In this document: one piece after another, positions 8,991 through 18,052 of the stretch
Numbering within the stretch: the stretch's first letter is position 1
How the letters are laid out: every line of letters begins with the position of its first letter
IMG/VR virus record: IMGVR_UViG_3300021137_000001
Coordinates: 248,001-312,000 of that record
Length of the DNA: 64,000 bases
Strand: one strand, 5' to 3'
Notes under the pieces: generated by a model
Seen by the model: only the letters and a program-made list of their open reading frames with translations
What the model was told of the DNA's origin: nothing
The model's database searches: none
Program-made: the position numbers and the translations under genes

Positions 8991-9970
8991 GAATATTAAT
9001 TACAGGTGGTGCAGGGTTTATTGGTCATAATGTAACTCGCATATTGGAAGAACAAGGACATACGTGCTTTGTTGTTGATAGCTTTACTAACTACGGATTC
9101 ATCCCACAACAAGAGATTAAATTTCTTAGTAAGGCGCGACTACAGCGTTTTAACTCGCAAGTTATAACTGCTGATATACGTGACACCACACGTATGTATA
9201 ATTTGTTTAAAGAATTACAACCAGATACTGTTATTCATCTTGCTAGTTTCCCTCGACAAAAAGTAGTAAGTGATGATCCGATTGCTGGGTCGGAAGTTAT
9301 GACTACTGGATTGATTAACTTACTGGAATGTTCAAAGCATAGTGGCGTTAAAAAGTTTGTGTACATTAGTAGCAGTATGGTCTACGGTGAATTTACTGAA
9401 GGATTGTTTGATGGCATTAACGAATATGTTGATTGCAAACCAATCGGACAGTATGGCATTATGAAGTATATGGGTGAGAAACTTGTAGCCGATTATACTC
9501 GTCGTGGTTGCTTTGCGCATACTATCATTCGCCCAAGTGCTGTATACGGACCTTGGGATGTCGAGGACAGAGTTGTTAGTAAGTTTATGCTTGCGGCAAT
9601 GCGTGATGAAGTATTAAAAGTTAAAGGTGCTAACGAAGTGCTAGACTTTACATACGTTGAAGATACTGCAATGGGCATTGCTCAAGCCGCTGTAAGTGAT
9701 AATGCAAACAATAAAATATACAATATCACACGTTCATCAGAAGCAGAATATACATTACTCGATGCCGCTAAACTTGCTATTAGTATTACAGGCAAAGGTA
9801 GCATCGATGTACAAGATAAAGACATTGCGTTTCCGTCGCGTGGTAGATTAAGTATTACAAGTGCAGTCATGGACTTTGGTTACAATCCTAAGGTCAATGT
9901 CGAGGATGGCTTTGCTCGTTATCATGAGTGGTTTAGTACAACTCCGTTTTGGATTAAAAAATTAAAATGA
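8987..9970 (+). CDS. NAD-dependent NDP-sugar epimerase/dehydratase
   Basis: TGGAGFIG, SSSMVYG, YGIMK (YxxxK), RPSAVYGP, DFTYVED. Confidence 0.93.
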   Translation: MRILITGGAGFIGHNVTRILEEQGHTCFVVDSFTNYGFIPQQEIKFLSKARLQRFNSQVITADIRDTTRMYNLFKELQPDTVIHLASFPRQKVVSDDPIAGSEVMTTGLINLLECSKHSGVKKFVYISSSMVYGEFTEGLFDGINEYVDCKPIGQYGIMKYMGEKLVADYTRRGCFAHTIIRPSAVYGPWDVEDRVVSKFMLAAMRDEVLKVKGANEVLDFTYVEDTAMGIAQAAVSDNANNKIYNITRSSEAEYTLLDAAKLAISITGKGSIDVQDKDIAFPSRGRLSITSAVMDFGYNPKVNVEDGFARYHEWFSTTPFWIKKLK

Positions 9971-11058
9971 TTCCGTTCTTTGGCATAGATAGACAATACA
10001 AAAATCTTCGCGAGGAGATACTTGATATTACTAATATTGTATATACGAGCGGGCAAGTTCTCGACGGCACATATACTAAAACGTTTGAGCAGACTATTGC
10101 TAAAATGACAGAGCGTAAGTATGCCATCGCTGTTAATAGTTGCACACAGGCGCTTATCTTTGCATTAAGAGCTATTGATCACTATTCATTATTTCGTAAA
10201 AACAAAGTACTAATCCCAGCGCAAAGTTTTGCCGCTACAGTCAATGTTGTTATTGAGGCGGGCTTTGAGCCTGTGTTCTGCGACGTTGATGCTGTTACTG
10301 GATTAATTAATCTCGATTCAATTCCAGTTGAGCCCGATGATATTGCGGCGGTTATGTACGTTAACTTGTTTGGTAATATTATCGACTACGATAAGTTACA
10401 GACTTATGTTACATTCTTTAATCAACATAAGATACCTGTAATCGAAGATGCTGCGCAATCGTTCGGTGCTTACTATCGTGGCGTTCCGAGTGGCAAGTTA
10501 GGTGACATTAGTTGTTTAAGTTTTGACCCAACAAAAAATCTTCCCAACTATGGAAGTGGCGGTATGATATTGTTAGATGACCCAGAGATTGCAATGTTAT
10601 GCTACAACTGGAGAGATAACGGAAAGATATCCGAACATAGTCTGTCTGGTACTAACAGCAAGATGAGTGAAGTTGATTGTGCGCAGATGTTAATTAAGTT
10701 AAAGTACTTTGATGAGTGGCAACAACGTCGTAAGAACATTGCAGAATACTATACAGAAGAATTAGATGGTCCGATTAAGTTAATCCCAATCGATAGTAAA
10801 GTAGAACATGCTTGGCATAAGTTTGTTATACACTATCCAGAGCGATCACGTCTATTCTCAGACTTGCAATCAATGAATATTGAAACTAAGATACATTATG
10901 TTGCACCATTACATCTAATGTCGCTAATTGGTGGGTATGAGGTATTGACTGGTGCTGAAGAATTTAGTAAGACTTGTTTAAGTTTGCCAATCTATCCTGA
11001 GATGACTGACGCAGAAGTTGAAGCAGTTGTTGATGCTATTAAAGAGTGTACTTGGTAG
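9967..11058 (+). CDS. DegT/DnrJ/EryC1/StrS PLP-dependent sugar aminotransferase
   Basis: AVNSCT, EDAAQSFG, SFDPTKNL (PLP lysine), GSGG, LSLPIYP. Confidence 0.93.
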   Translation: MIPFFGIDRQYKNLREEILDITNIVYTSGQVLDGTYTKTFEQTIAKMTERKYAIAVNSCTQALIFALRAIDHYSLFRKNKVLIPAQSFAATVNVVIEAGFEPVFCDVDAVTGLINLDSIPVEPDDIAAVMYVNLFGNIIDYDKLQTYVTFFNQHKIPVIEDAAQSFGAYYRGVPSGKLGDISCLSFDPTKNLPNYGSGGMILLDDPEIAMLCYNWRDNGKISEHSLSGTNSKMSEVDCAQMLIKLKYFDEWQQRRKNIAEYYTEELDGPIKLIPIDSKVEHAWHKFVIHYPERSRLFSDLQSMNIETKIHYVAPLHLMSLIGGYEVLTGAEEFSKTCLSLPIYPEMTDAEVEAVVDAIKECTW

Positions 11059-12367
11059 CGTAATACTGTTTTAGCCAATCCCATTCAAACGTAAGCATTA
11101 GTTTATCAGCATTACCATCAACTTCATCGTAAAATACAATTGCATCTTCTGCGCCTTTAATGCTCCATTCTGCATTTGCGCCCACTGCTTCATGTAACCA
11201 TTCATCGAGTCTGTAATCACTTTCGATATTACCAGTCTTACGCACATCATCACGTAGTTTAATACACTCTCTAAACGCAGTGCGCCATGTTAGTTCTGGT
11301 GTAGTGTTATAATGCGCTATAGCACTTACTACAGGTACTACAGCGTGTGCTTTGCTTAATGTAAAGTCAAGTCCACTGTCGTTTGTATCAAGTACTAATT
11401 GTTTGTTGTATGCAATCACACCCATGTGCCCATACTCTAATCCGTTTACTGGATTCTTACTGTGGAATATGTAATGCTTGGGCTCTTGTAAATAATCGGG
11501 TTGCCATTCCCAGTTAAAGTCAGGAACAACTTCTAACTTAGCAAACACCGCAAAGAACCACGGCGTTGTACTAAGTTCAGCAGCCGCTTTATATGCTTCG
11601 ACTCGCCCATTAACATTTTGTACACGTTTAATTCGAGTAAAGGTGCGAGCCGGATGAGTTTTGCCAAATATTGAAGTTACTAAGTGCCGATACCACTTTT
11701 CTGCGTCCGGTTCGCCGTTGCTGATATAGATAATATCAAGCAATTCTGGCTTCAAATAGTCTAATTTCTGCTTCGAAACGTGTGGATAATCGTAGATTTG
11801 AGTTACTAAATGCCCCATAATATCGCGGGGTGCTAACGATACGTTATTGCTTGCATTGAATGAGTAAAACACACGGTCTTTCCATAGTGGTGCGTCAAAT
11901 TTAGTACGTGCATTAACCCAAACGTATGGAGTATCGAAGTTATATGCTTTAAGTTCAGCAGTTATGTTCTCACTTGCACATTCTACCATGGCCCATGGTA
12001 GACGCATAACTCCATCTACATGCCAGTTAATATCCTTATACCATTCCAACATCTCAACATCTTTTTGTTTGTTAAATTCAGCAACGTTAACAAGAAATGT
12101 ATCACCAAACTCTTGTGTGCCGCTTGCCCAACAGTGTAGTTGATATGCTTCCCATGGTGCTGGCCGGTAATCAAAGTCAAAGTCATAGTAACTACAGCAA
12201 CTACTAATTACCCAAGCGTATTGTGTTCTACAACGTGTAATACAGCGTTTTAACGTGTCTAAATGATTGTTGTAGTAACGTACAACTTTTGCGTGAGGAT
12301 ATAGTGTACATAGGTTCTGCACGTTTTCATCGTGCCCGCCCATATCCATAATGAATACATCAAACAC
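11039..12367 (-). CDS. two-domain GT-A-like protein, paralog of 24498-25400 but lacking DxD
   Basis: RV.NVNG...AYKAAA, NPVNGLEYG, WRTAFRE shared with the 24498 ORF. Confidence 0.6.
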   Translation of the reverse strand: MFDVFIMDMGGHDENVQNLCTLYPHAKVVRYYNNHLDTLKRCITRCRTQYAWVISSCCSYYDFDFDYRPAPWEAYQLHCWASGTQEFGDTFLVNVAEFNKQKDVEMLEWYKDINWHVDGVMRLPWAMVECASENITAELKAYNFDTPYVWVNARTKFDAPLWKDRVFYSFNASNNVSLAPRDIMGHLVTQIYDYPHVSKQKLDYLKPELLDIIYISNGEPDAEKWYRHLVTSIFGKTHPARTFTRIKRVQNVNGRVEAYKAAAELSTTPWFFAVFAKLEVVPDFNWEWQPDYLQEPKHYIFHSKNPVNGLEYGHMGVIAYNKQLVLDTNDSGLDFTLSKAHAVVPVVSAIAHYNTTPELTWRTAFRECIKLRDDVRKTGNIESDYRLDEWLHEAVGANAEWSIKGAEDAIVFYDEVDGNADKLMLTFEWDWLKQYYATKYTL

Positions 12368-12860
12368 TAACTTTCTCTACTGTTAATCCGCACTCTACTA
12401 GAAACGCAAGCCCTATTGTATCGCGATATGATTCAGCATAGTACACTTCTGTAATGCCAGCTTGATAAATTGTTTTTGCACAAGTCAAGCAAGGGCAATG
12501 AGTAACAAAGATTGCGGCTCCTTTGCCGCCGCCATTTAGTTTTGCAAGTTTTGCCACTGCGTTCGACTCTGCGTGAAGCACAGTTGATTTTGTTTTCAAT
12601 CTGTATCTGAGTTGGTCTGCGGCAACAAATGGCCACTGTGACTCTATTTCATCTGAGTCAAGCCAACCACCAGCATCTTGTGCCATGTATTCCGGTTCTT
12701 CGCATACGTTATCCCATCCGCTGGGTTGACCGTTGTATCCAATAGAGATAATTGCATCATCTTTAACAATAATTGCGCCAACTTGTAAGCGTACAGCACT
12801 TGAACATTCAGCATAATTGTATGCTGTTTTCATGTGCGCCAATTTCATTTTATGTTTCAT
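12360..12860 (-). CDS. cd: dCMP deaminase
   Basis: VGAIIV, GYNG, HAESNA, PCLTC zinc motifs. Confidence 0.93.
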   Translation of the reverse strand: MKHKMKLAHMKTAYNYAECSSAVRLQVGAIIVKDDAIISIGYNGQPSGWDNVCEEPEYMAQDAGGWLDSDEIESQWPFVAADQLRYRLKTKSTVLHAESNAVAKLAKLNGGGKGAAIFVTHCPCLTCAKTIYQAGITEVYYAESYRDTIGLAFLVECGLTVEKVSV

Positions 12861-13263
12861 TTATATCCTTAGCAATCATATCTGCCCAACGTTCAGCATC
12901 TTGTTCTGTTACACGTATATCGTATGACTCTGGTGGTTCAAATAGTCGGTTTGTATCTTCAAATCGCCCTTCATTAATTGTGTCAACCCATATAACATAG
13001 TCGGCATCAAATATATCACGTATCTCTTGAGTAGGTGCAACAAAGTCGCATATACTATGTTGCCACCCATCGAACGCATCCATTGCTGCAAGTTGACTCA
13101 TTCTACTTGCTTGTCGCAGTCTACCTTCTATGCTAAAGTCCATATCGTTAAATTGTTTTCTTATCTCATCTGCATTGTGCCAAGTTGCATTTAATCTTTT
13201 TTGCAATGCTTCTGCTAGTGTTGTTTTACCTGCACCCGGCAAGCCCATTATTAGTATGTTCAT
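12850..13263 (-). CDS. adenylylsulfate-kinase-like P-loop kinase (short)
   Basis: GLPGAGKTT; NADEIR..F...DFS.EGR.RQ resembles CysC; 137 aa. Confidence 0.7.
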   Translation of the reverse strand: MNILIMGLPGAGKTTLAEALQKRLNATWHNADEIRKQFNDMDFSIEGRLRQASRMSQLAAMDAFDGWQHSICDFVAPTQEIRDIFDADYVIWVDTINEGRFEDTNRLFEPPESYDIRVTEQDAERWADMIAKDINET

Positions 13264-14756
13264 GATAACACTTTAACTCCGTATAGTTCTTCAAATCGAT
13301 CTGCATCAGCACGATCATTTACCATTGGTTCACCACGTACATTTAAACTTGTATTAAGCAACATCGGGCAACCTGTCCAAGTGTACCATAAGCATAATAG
13401 TTCACGTATGCCACTACCATCTCGCGGCACTGTCTGTACACGACTTGTACCATCAACATGTATTATAGCAGGAAATTCATTGGGACGCAAGCACTTTGCA
13501 GTTGTTTGCATATACGGGCTAGATTTAAATCCGTTAGGCATTTCAAAATACTCATCAGCAAACTCCTCCAGTATTATAGGAGCGAATGGGCGAAACTGTT
13601 GTCTACGTTTAATTAAGTTTACAGCATCTTTAATGTCAGTGCCACGTGGGTCAGCTAATAAACTTCTATTACCTAATGCTCTAGGACCAAACTCTGCACG
13701 TCCACTAGCAACACCAACAATCTTATTTGCCATTAACTCGGATACAACATCGGTGCAAGGATAAGGGCCAGGAATATCATGCCCAAGAAAAGCATTAGTC
13801 CAATTAAGTTTCCCACCATGCGCTAATGCTGCCGCTCCAAGGCTGCTACCAGCATCACCAGGATTAGGCATAATCCAAATGTTATCAAAGTATTCTCCTA
13901 AATCTCTATTAGCACTACAGTTAAGCGCAACACCGCCAGAGTATACTAAATTACTGTTAGGTGCGAGCATACTTGCTTTATACATTATATTATGTATTAG
14001 TTCTTCAGTAAGTGTTTGTGCTGCATTAGCAATCTCAAAGTCATTCCATTTAACTTTCATATCATTAGCGGGCAGCCCAATATGTAGATTGTGTTTTAAT
14101 GTTAGATTAAACTCATTGTTAACTAGCCAATGAGAAAGTTGATCGCTTAATCGGTGTGTTTTTTTCTTTGCCCAGCCAGCCATGCCCATTAATATGTATT
14201 CTTCATCCAGTGGACGTAAACCAACTTCTTTAGTAAATGCACTATACATCAAGCCGATACTATGCGGATATTTTTGTCCCCATACCTTATTATATTGTGC
14301 CCGACCGTTTTTGTAATATGCACTCCATATGCTTATTGTATCCCATTCACCAATTGCATCAATTACAACCACAGTTGCATCATCAAATGTACTTGTTTGA
14401 AAGCCTGCAGCCGCATGTGATAGATGATGATTGTATGTACTAATTGGGAGATGATATATCGGAGAGTTGGGTACCATCTTTTTAAGCATACCACGTACAG
14501 TCCACGGCGTTTTTAATTCACTGTATTGTCCAGCATAAAGCTGACGTGTCTTCTTAACCCACGGTCTTTCATAGTATGCAATTTGATCGGGCGAGCCGTA
14601 TGTTAATGCATCTGCTATTAGCGCACTGTTTAAGTTTGCGTCATGTTTAATCAGGCTATAGCGTTCAGCATGACCTGCAAAGACAATATCATCGCCTTTG
14701 ATTAATGTTACTGCTGCGTCATGAAACCCAGCACTAATTCCTAATATGTTGTGCAT
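13260..14756 (-). CDS. carbamoyltransferase (NodU/CmcH family)
   Basis: GFHDAA, ERYS, HHLSHA, DAIGE, GGVALN, PGDAG, EFGPRALGNRS, FRPFAP, LLNTSLN. Confidence 0.95.
   Translation of the reverse strand: MHNILGISAGFHDAAVTLIKGDDIVFAGHAERYSLIKHDANLNSALIADALTYGSPDQIAYYERPWVKKTRQLYAGQYSELKTPWTVRGMLKKMVPNSPIYHLPISTYNHHLSHAAAGFQTSTFDDATVVVIDAIGEWDTISIWSAYYKNGRAQYNKVWGQKYPHSIGLMYSAFTKEVGLRPLDEEYILMGMAGWAKKKTHRLSDQLSHWLVNNEFNLTLKHNLHIGLPANDMKVKWNDFEIANAAQTLTEELIHNIMYKASMLAPNSNLVYSGGVALNCSANRDLGEYFDNIWIMPNPGDAGSSLGAAALAHGGKLNWTNAFLGHDIPGPYPCTDVVSELMANKIVGVASGRAEFGPRALGNRSLLADPRGTDIKDAVNLIKRRQQFRPFAPIILEEFADEYFEMPNGFKSSPYMQTTAKCLRPNEFPAIIHVDGTSRVQTVPRDGSGIRELLCLWYTWTGCPMLLNTSLNVRGEPMVNDRADADRFEELYGVKVLS
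14740..14750. repeat. 11-bp direct repeat CCTAATATGTT, copy 1 (core of a ~30-bp degenerate duplication)
   Basis: Identical to 15564-15574; the two copies flank the HNH gene. Confidence 0.8.
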
Positions 14757-14785
14757 TTTGATAAATAAATTTAAAGGTGATTAAC

Positions 14786-15568
14786 ATGATATTTATTGAA
14801 AACAAATATACTAAAATTTATTATAGCATAATTGATTCTGCAAAGTCAAGAACTTTATCGCAGGAAACATACACAGAAAAACATCACACAATTCCCAAAT
14901 CACTTGGGGGCGACAATTCAACAGAAAACTTAGCGTCCTTGACTGCAAGAGAGCATTTTATATGCCATTGGTTGCTAACTAAAATGACTTCGGGCACATC
15001 AAAGCGTTCAATGGTTTTTGCACTAAGAATGTTAAAGGCTATGTCCACTAAGCACCAAAGATATGAAAGTTGTGTTACTGCCAAAGTGTATGAATCTATT
15101 AGAAAAGAGCACTCTGTATACCTTAGTAATATGCTTAAAGGGAGAATTGTTAGCGACGAAACTAGACACAAAATGTCTATTGCGGCAAAGAAAAAGACGC
15201 AAAATTCTTTTAAAGGGCATTCTCACAGTGAAGAAACAAAGGCTGCAATTGGGGATGCTAATAGGGGCAAACAAAGAACTGCCGAACAAAAAGAAAAAAT
15301 GTCGGCAGCACTTAGAGACATGTCAGTGAATCGTAGAGAAAAATTATCAGTTTATAAAAAGAATCATCCATTAACTGAGGATTCACTGAACAAAATTCGT
15401 AAATTATATGTCGTTACATTTCCAAACTGTACTACTGAGCAGACTAATAATTTAGCAGAATTTTGTAAAAACCACAAACTAAGTTTACCAGCAATGCGTG
15501 ATCAGGTTGCTAAAGGTAAACAAGAACATCACAATGGATACTGTGTTAAATCCATCCCAAAGACCTAA
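14786..15568 (+). CDS. HNH homing endonuclease (Mob-like) with NUMOD3-like repeats, antisense to the operon
   Basis: EKHHTIPKSLGG.N...NL..LTAREHFICH; repeats SDETRHKMS, HSEETKAAIG; TAAATA at 14762 and SD AAGGTG upstream. Confidence 0.88.
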   Translation: MIFIENKYTKIYYSIIDSAKSRTLSQETYTEKHHTIPKSLGGDNSTENLASLTAREHFICHWLLTKMTSGTSKRSMVFALRMLKAMSTKHQRYESCVTAKVYESIRKEHSVYLSNMLKGRIVSDETRHKMSIAAKKKTQNSFKGHSHSEETKAAIGDANRGKQRTAEQKEKMSAALRDMSVNRREKLSVYKKNHPLTEDSLNKIRKLYVVTFPNCTTEQTNNLAEFCKNHKLSLPAMRDQVAKGKQEHHNGYCVKSIPKT

Positions 15569-16184
15569 TATGTTCATAAATTTTATCCGCTACTATTGCA
15601 TGCCCTTCTTCTAAAAAATGACCGCCCGATCCCTGGGGTGTGCCGTATGTCCATTCAGCCATAGTTCCGATTGGCCACCCTATAAAGTTCGCTGAATCAA
15701 TTTGGTCTCGAATCGGTGCAAACTCGTCCGACCAACGCAGCATAATATTGTTGCCATATGCATCGAGCATAAGCAATTTCTTGCCTTGTTGTCGCACATA
15801 AGATTGTAATAAAATTATATTTGTCAGATATTGCTTATACAAATATTTGTCATTGTAATGTATTGTAATGTATTTTAATAATTCTGTTCGGTATGCAAGG
15901 TCTTTAGTAAATGTTAGTCCACGATATCCGGGCCATGTATCAAATATTCCATGCTCATCAGCAAATTCAATACGTGCAAAATGACTCCATGCAACAATTA
16001 TTAAATCATAATCTGCTGCCTGTTCAACTATTGTCCGTACCATACTAGTATTTCCCACACCGGGTTTCCCTAAATTAGTTAACTCACATGATAATTTAGT
16101 TTGTAATACATACGGCCATGCTTGCTTAACATCCGTTAGTTCGTCACCATATGTAAAGCTATCACCAACTGTTAATACTCTCAC
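15546..16184 (-). CDS. SGNH/GDSL-like protein
   Basis: GDSFTYG, G.GN, GHFLEEGH. Confidence 0.75.
   Translation of the reverse strand: MRVLTVGDSFTYGDELTDVKQAWPYVLQTKLSCELTNLGKPGVGNTSMVRTIVEQAADYDLIIVAWSHFARIEFADEHGIFDTWPGYRGLTFTKDLAYRTELLKYITIHYNDKYLYKQYLTNIILLQSYVRQQGKKLLMLDAYGNNIMLRWSDEFAPIRDQIDSANFIGWPIGTMAEWTYGTPQGSGGHFLEEGHAIVADKIYEHIRSLGWI
15564..15574. repeat. 11-bp direct repeat CCTAATATGTT, copy 2
   Basis: Identical to 14740-14750. Confidence 0.8.
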
Positions 16185-16282
16185 TTGTAAATAAATGGAT
16201 CGCGCTTACGTAACTCTTTTAATTTCTTACGATAGCGTAATTCCATCTTGACACGATTAATTATGTTTAGTAACCAATTCAT
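16181..16282 (-). CDS. 33-aa basic peptide MNWLLNIINRVKMELRYRKKLKELRKRDPFIYK
   Basis: Read by hand; fills the 72-bp gap between the two SGNH genes; its TGA overlaps the GTG start of the next gene; not in ORF track. Confidence 0.6.
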   Translation of the reverse strand: MNWLLNIINRVKMELRYRKKLKELRKRDPFIYK

Positions 16283-16955
16283 TGAACTTCTCCGTTATTA
16301 ATGTTGCTGCGATTTTGTGTGCATCGTCGAGTGGATGTAGTTGTACTCCAACTTTATACTTATTTTCAACTGCCCATCGATGGAAGCCAATTGGTGCACG
16401 AGTTTCATTTTCCTGCATACTGGCGGCAAACCAAAACCAGTTTTCCCAATTAATTTGATTATATAAGTTATCTAGACCAGCATCTCGGCGCCGGATATAG
16501 TTTTCGTGTTGGTAGAAATGATTATCAGCAGTCATAAACATATATGGTATCTTGTTTATTATACAATACTGCTGTAGAAAGACTATTTCTTTGAGTATAG
16601 AGTAAATTTCATAGTATTCACTATCACCAGCATGTTTAAAATAACTTTCACTAAATTCTTTAGCGTTAGTATGCCAACTGTTTATACTAATCCACTCATC
16701 GTTAATTCTAAATTCAGCACGTTGTGGGTAAGTCCATTCAACTAACAAAAACTTATCATCCTCTATTTTACTTAACGCATCAATTGCCATTCTACTAATT
16801 GCATTATTGGCATTGCCAGGGTGTGCCGTGCAAACATACTCCATATTAGATTGTTGTGCTAACAATGCCGGAAAAGTTTGTTTGCTATAGACGGCCCGGC
16901 AGTCTGCAAGCTCACTACCCCATATATAACTATCCCCTGCAGCTACTAAAATCAT
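16257..16955 (-). CDS. SGNH/GDSL-like protein
   Basis: GDSYIWG, PGNAN, LHPLDDAH. Confidence 0.72.
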   Translation of the reverse strand: MILVAAGDSYIWGSELADCRAVYSKQTFPALLAQQSNMEYVCTAHPGNANNAISRMAIDALSKIEDDKFLLVEWTYPQRAEFRINDEWISINSWHTNAKEFSESYFKHAGDSEYYEIYSILKEIVFLQQYCIINKIPYMFMTADNHFYQHENYIRRRDAGLDNLYNQINWENWFWFAASMQENETRAPIGFHRWAVENKYKVGVQLHPLDDAHKIAATLITEKFNELVTKHN

Positions 16956-16960
16956 AAAAT

Positions 16961-18052
16961 TCAGGCGATCTGATCAATTTGTTGATCAGCATAATCACTG
17001 TCTGACCAATCATATTCATATGTAACTGATGCATCCTTGGTTCTTATACTGTACACATTTAGATGTTCGCCTAACTGCAACCAAATATTTTTATACTTGT
17101 CGTTGCCAAAACTTTTAATTAAATCAACTTGCCCAACTTGCGGATGACCGATGGTTAATGTCTTATCATCCGGATCAAATCCATTATTCGATAACCATTG
17201 TTTAAAATCTTGCAAGGTTTTTATTTGCCATTGATATTTTCCTGGATTGTTTGACCATTCGATATCAAAATCGCCGGCGGCTTCAGTTTGTGAACGTAAT
17301 GTAGTGGTAGTCAATTCATCGATTCTATGGTTAAGGGGATTAGCAACTTCGTCACGAAATACTTCAAAATGATGTTTGCCAACTGCTTTGTTAACTCCAG
17401 CATATACACCGCCTAGCGGACGATTTAAACTTTCAATACCGAACAGTTCGAAATCATTTTCATCTAATACAAATCTCGGTGCACTTAACCAACACATTAA
17501 TTGACTGGGTCTACGCCACTCTGGGGCATGAACAGCTTTACGCATGCTCAATATAAGAGATTCATATTCATGACATAATAAGTTTAATTGTCGAATATGC
17601 CATCGAACTCGGCTGTCTGCTCGGTTATAAAATTCAGACATGCGGCCGCTAACTCCTTGTAAATCTTCAAAATATCTATGCAGATGATTCATCTTATCAT
17701 GTACTACACCACCAATTTCTTCAGTACCGTTGATTACTCCAGGAGATATAGTATTTTCCACAGTAAAATGATCGTTAATCTGATATCCAAGATTTGCTTG
17801 ATTAATTGCCGCGATTGATAGATTAATTTGATTAGTTATATATTCTGCATTTCTGTCAGATTCAATAAATCCGTGAAAGCAATAATTTTTCTCAAGATGA
17901 TAGTTTTGTTTGATTAATGTATTAAGCGCCGATAGCCATTTACGACTAAGAGAGTTATCATATACATCAATGTATATAGTAAGTATGTCGTTAGTTTTGT
18001 TATTTTTTAGATCAATTTCAATTTGATCAAGCAATGTTTTTATACCACTCAT
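16961..18052 (-). CDS. hypothetical protein in the modification cluster
   Basis: 363-aa ORF, no recognisable motif. Confidence 0.7.
   Translation of the reverse strand: MSGIKTLLDQIEIDLKNNKTNDILTIYIDVYDNSLSRKWLSALNTLIKQNYHLEKNYCFHGFIESDRNAEYITNQINLSIAAINQANLGYQINDHFTVENTISPGVINGTEEIGGVVHDKMNHLHRYFEDLQGVSGRMSEFYNRADSRVRWHIRQLNLLCHEYESLILSMRKAVHAPEWRRPSQLMCWLSAPRFVLDENDFELFGIESLNRPLGGVYAGVNKAVGKHHFEVFRDEVANPLNHRIDELTTTTLRSQTEAAGDFDIEWSNNPGKYQWQIKTLQDFKQWLSNNGFDPDDKTLTIGHPQVGQVDLIKSFGNDKYKNIWLQLGEHLNVYSIRTKDASVTYEYDWSDSDYADQQIDQIA

Noticed and set aside
14751-15563. HNH insert as a self-splicing group I intron
   Set aside because: The ORF is antisense to the host transcript, no intron core elements were seen, and both flanking genes are complete without splicing
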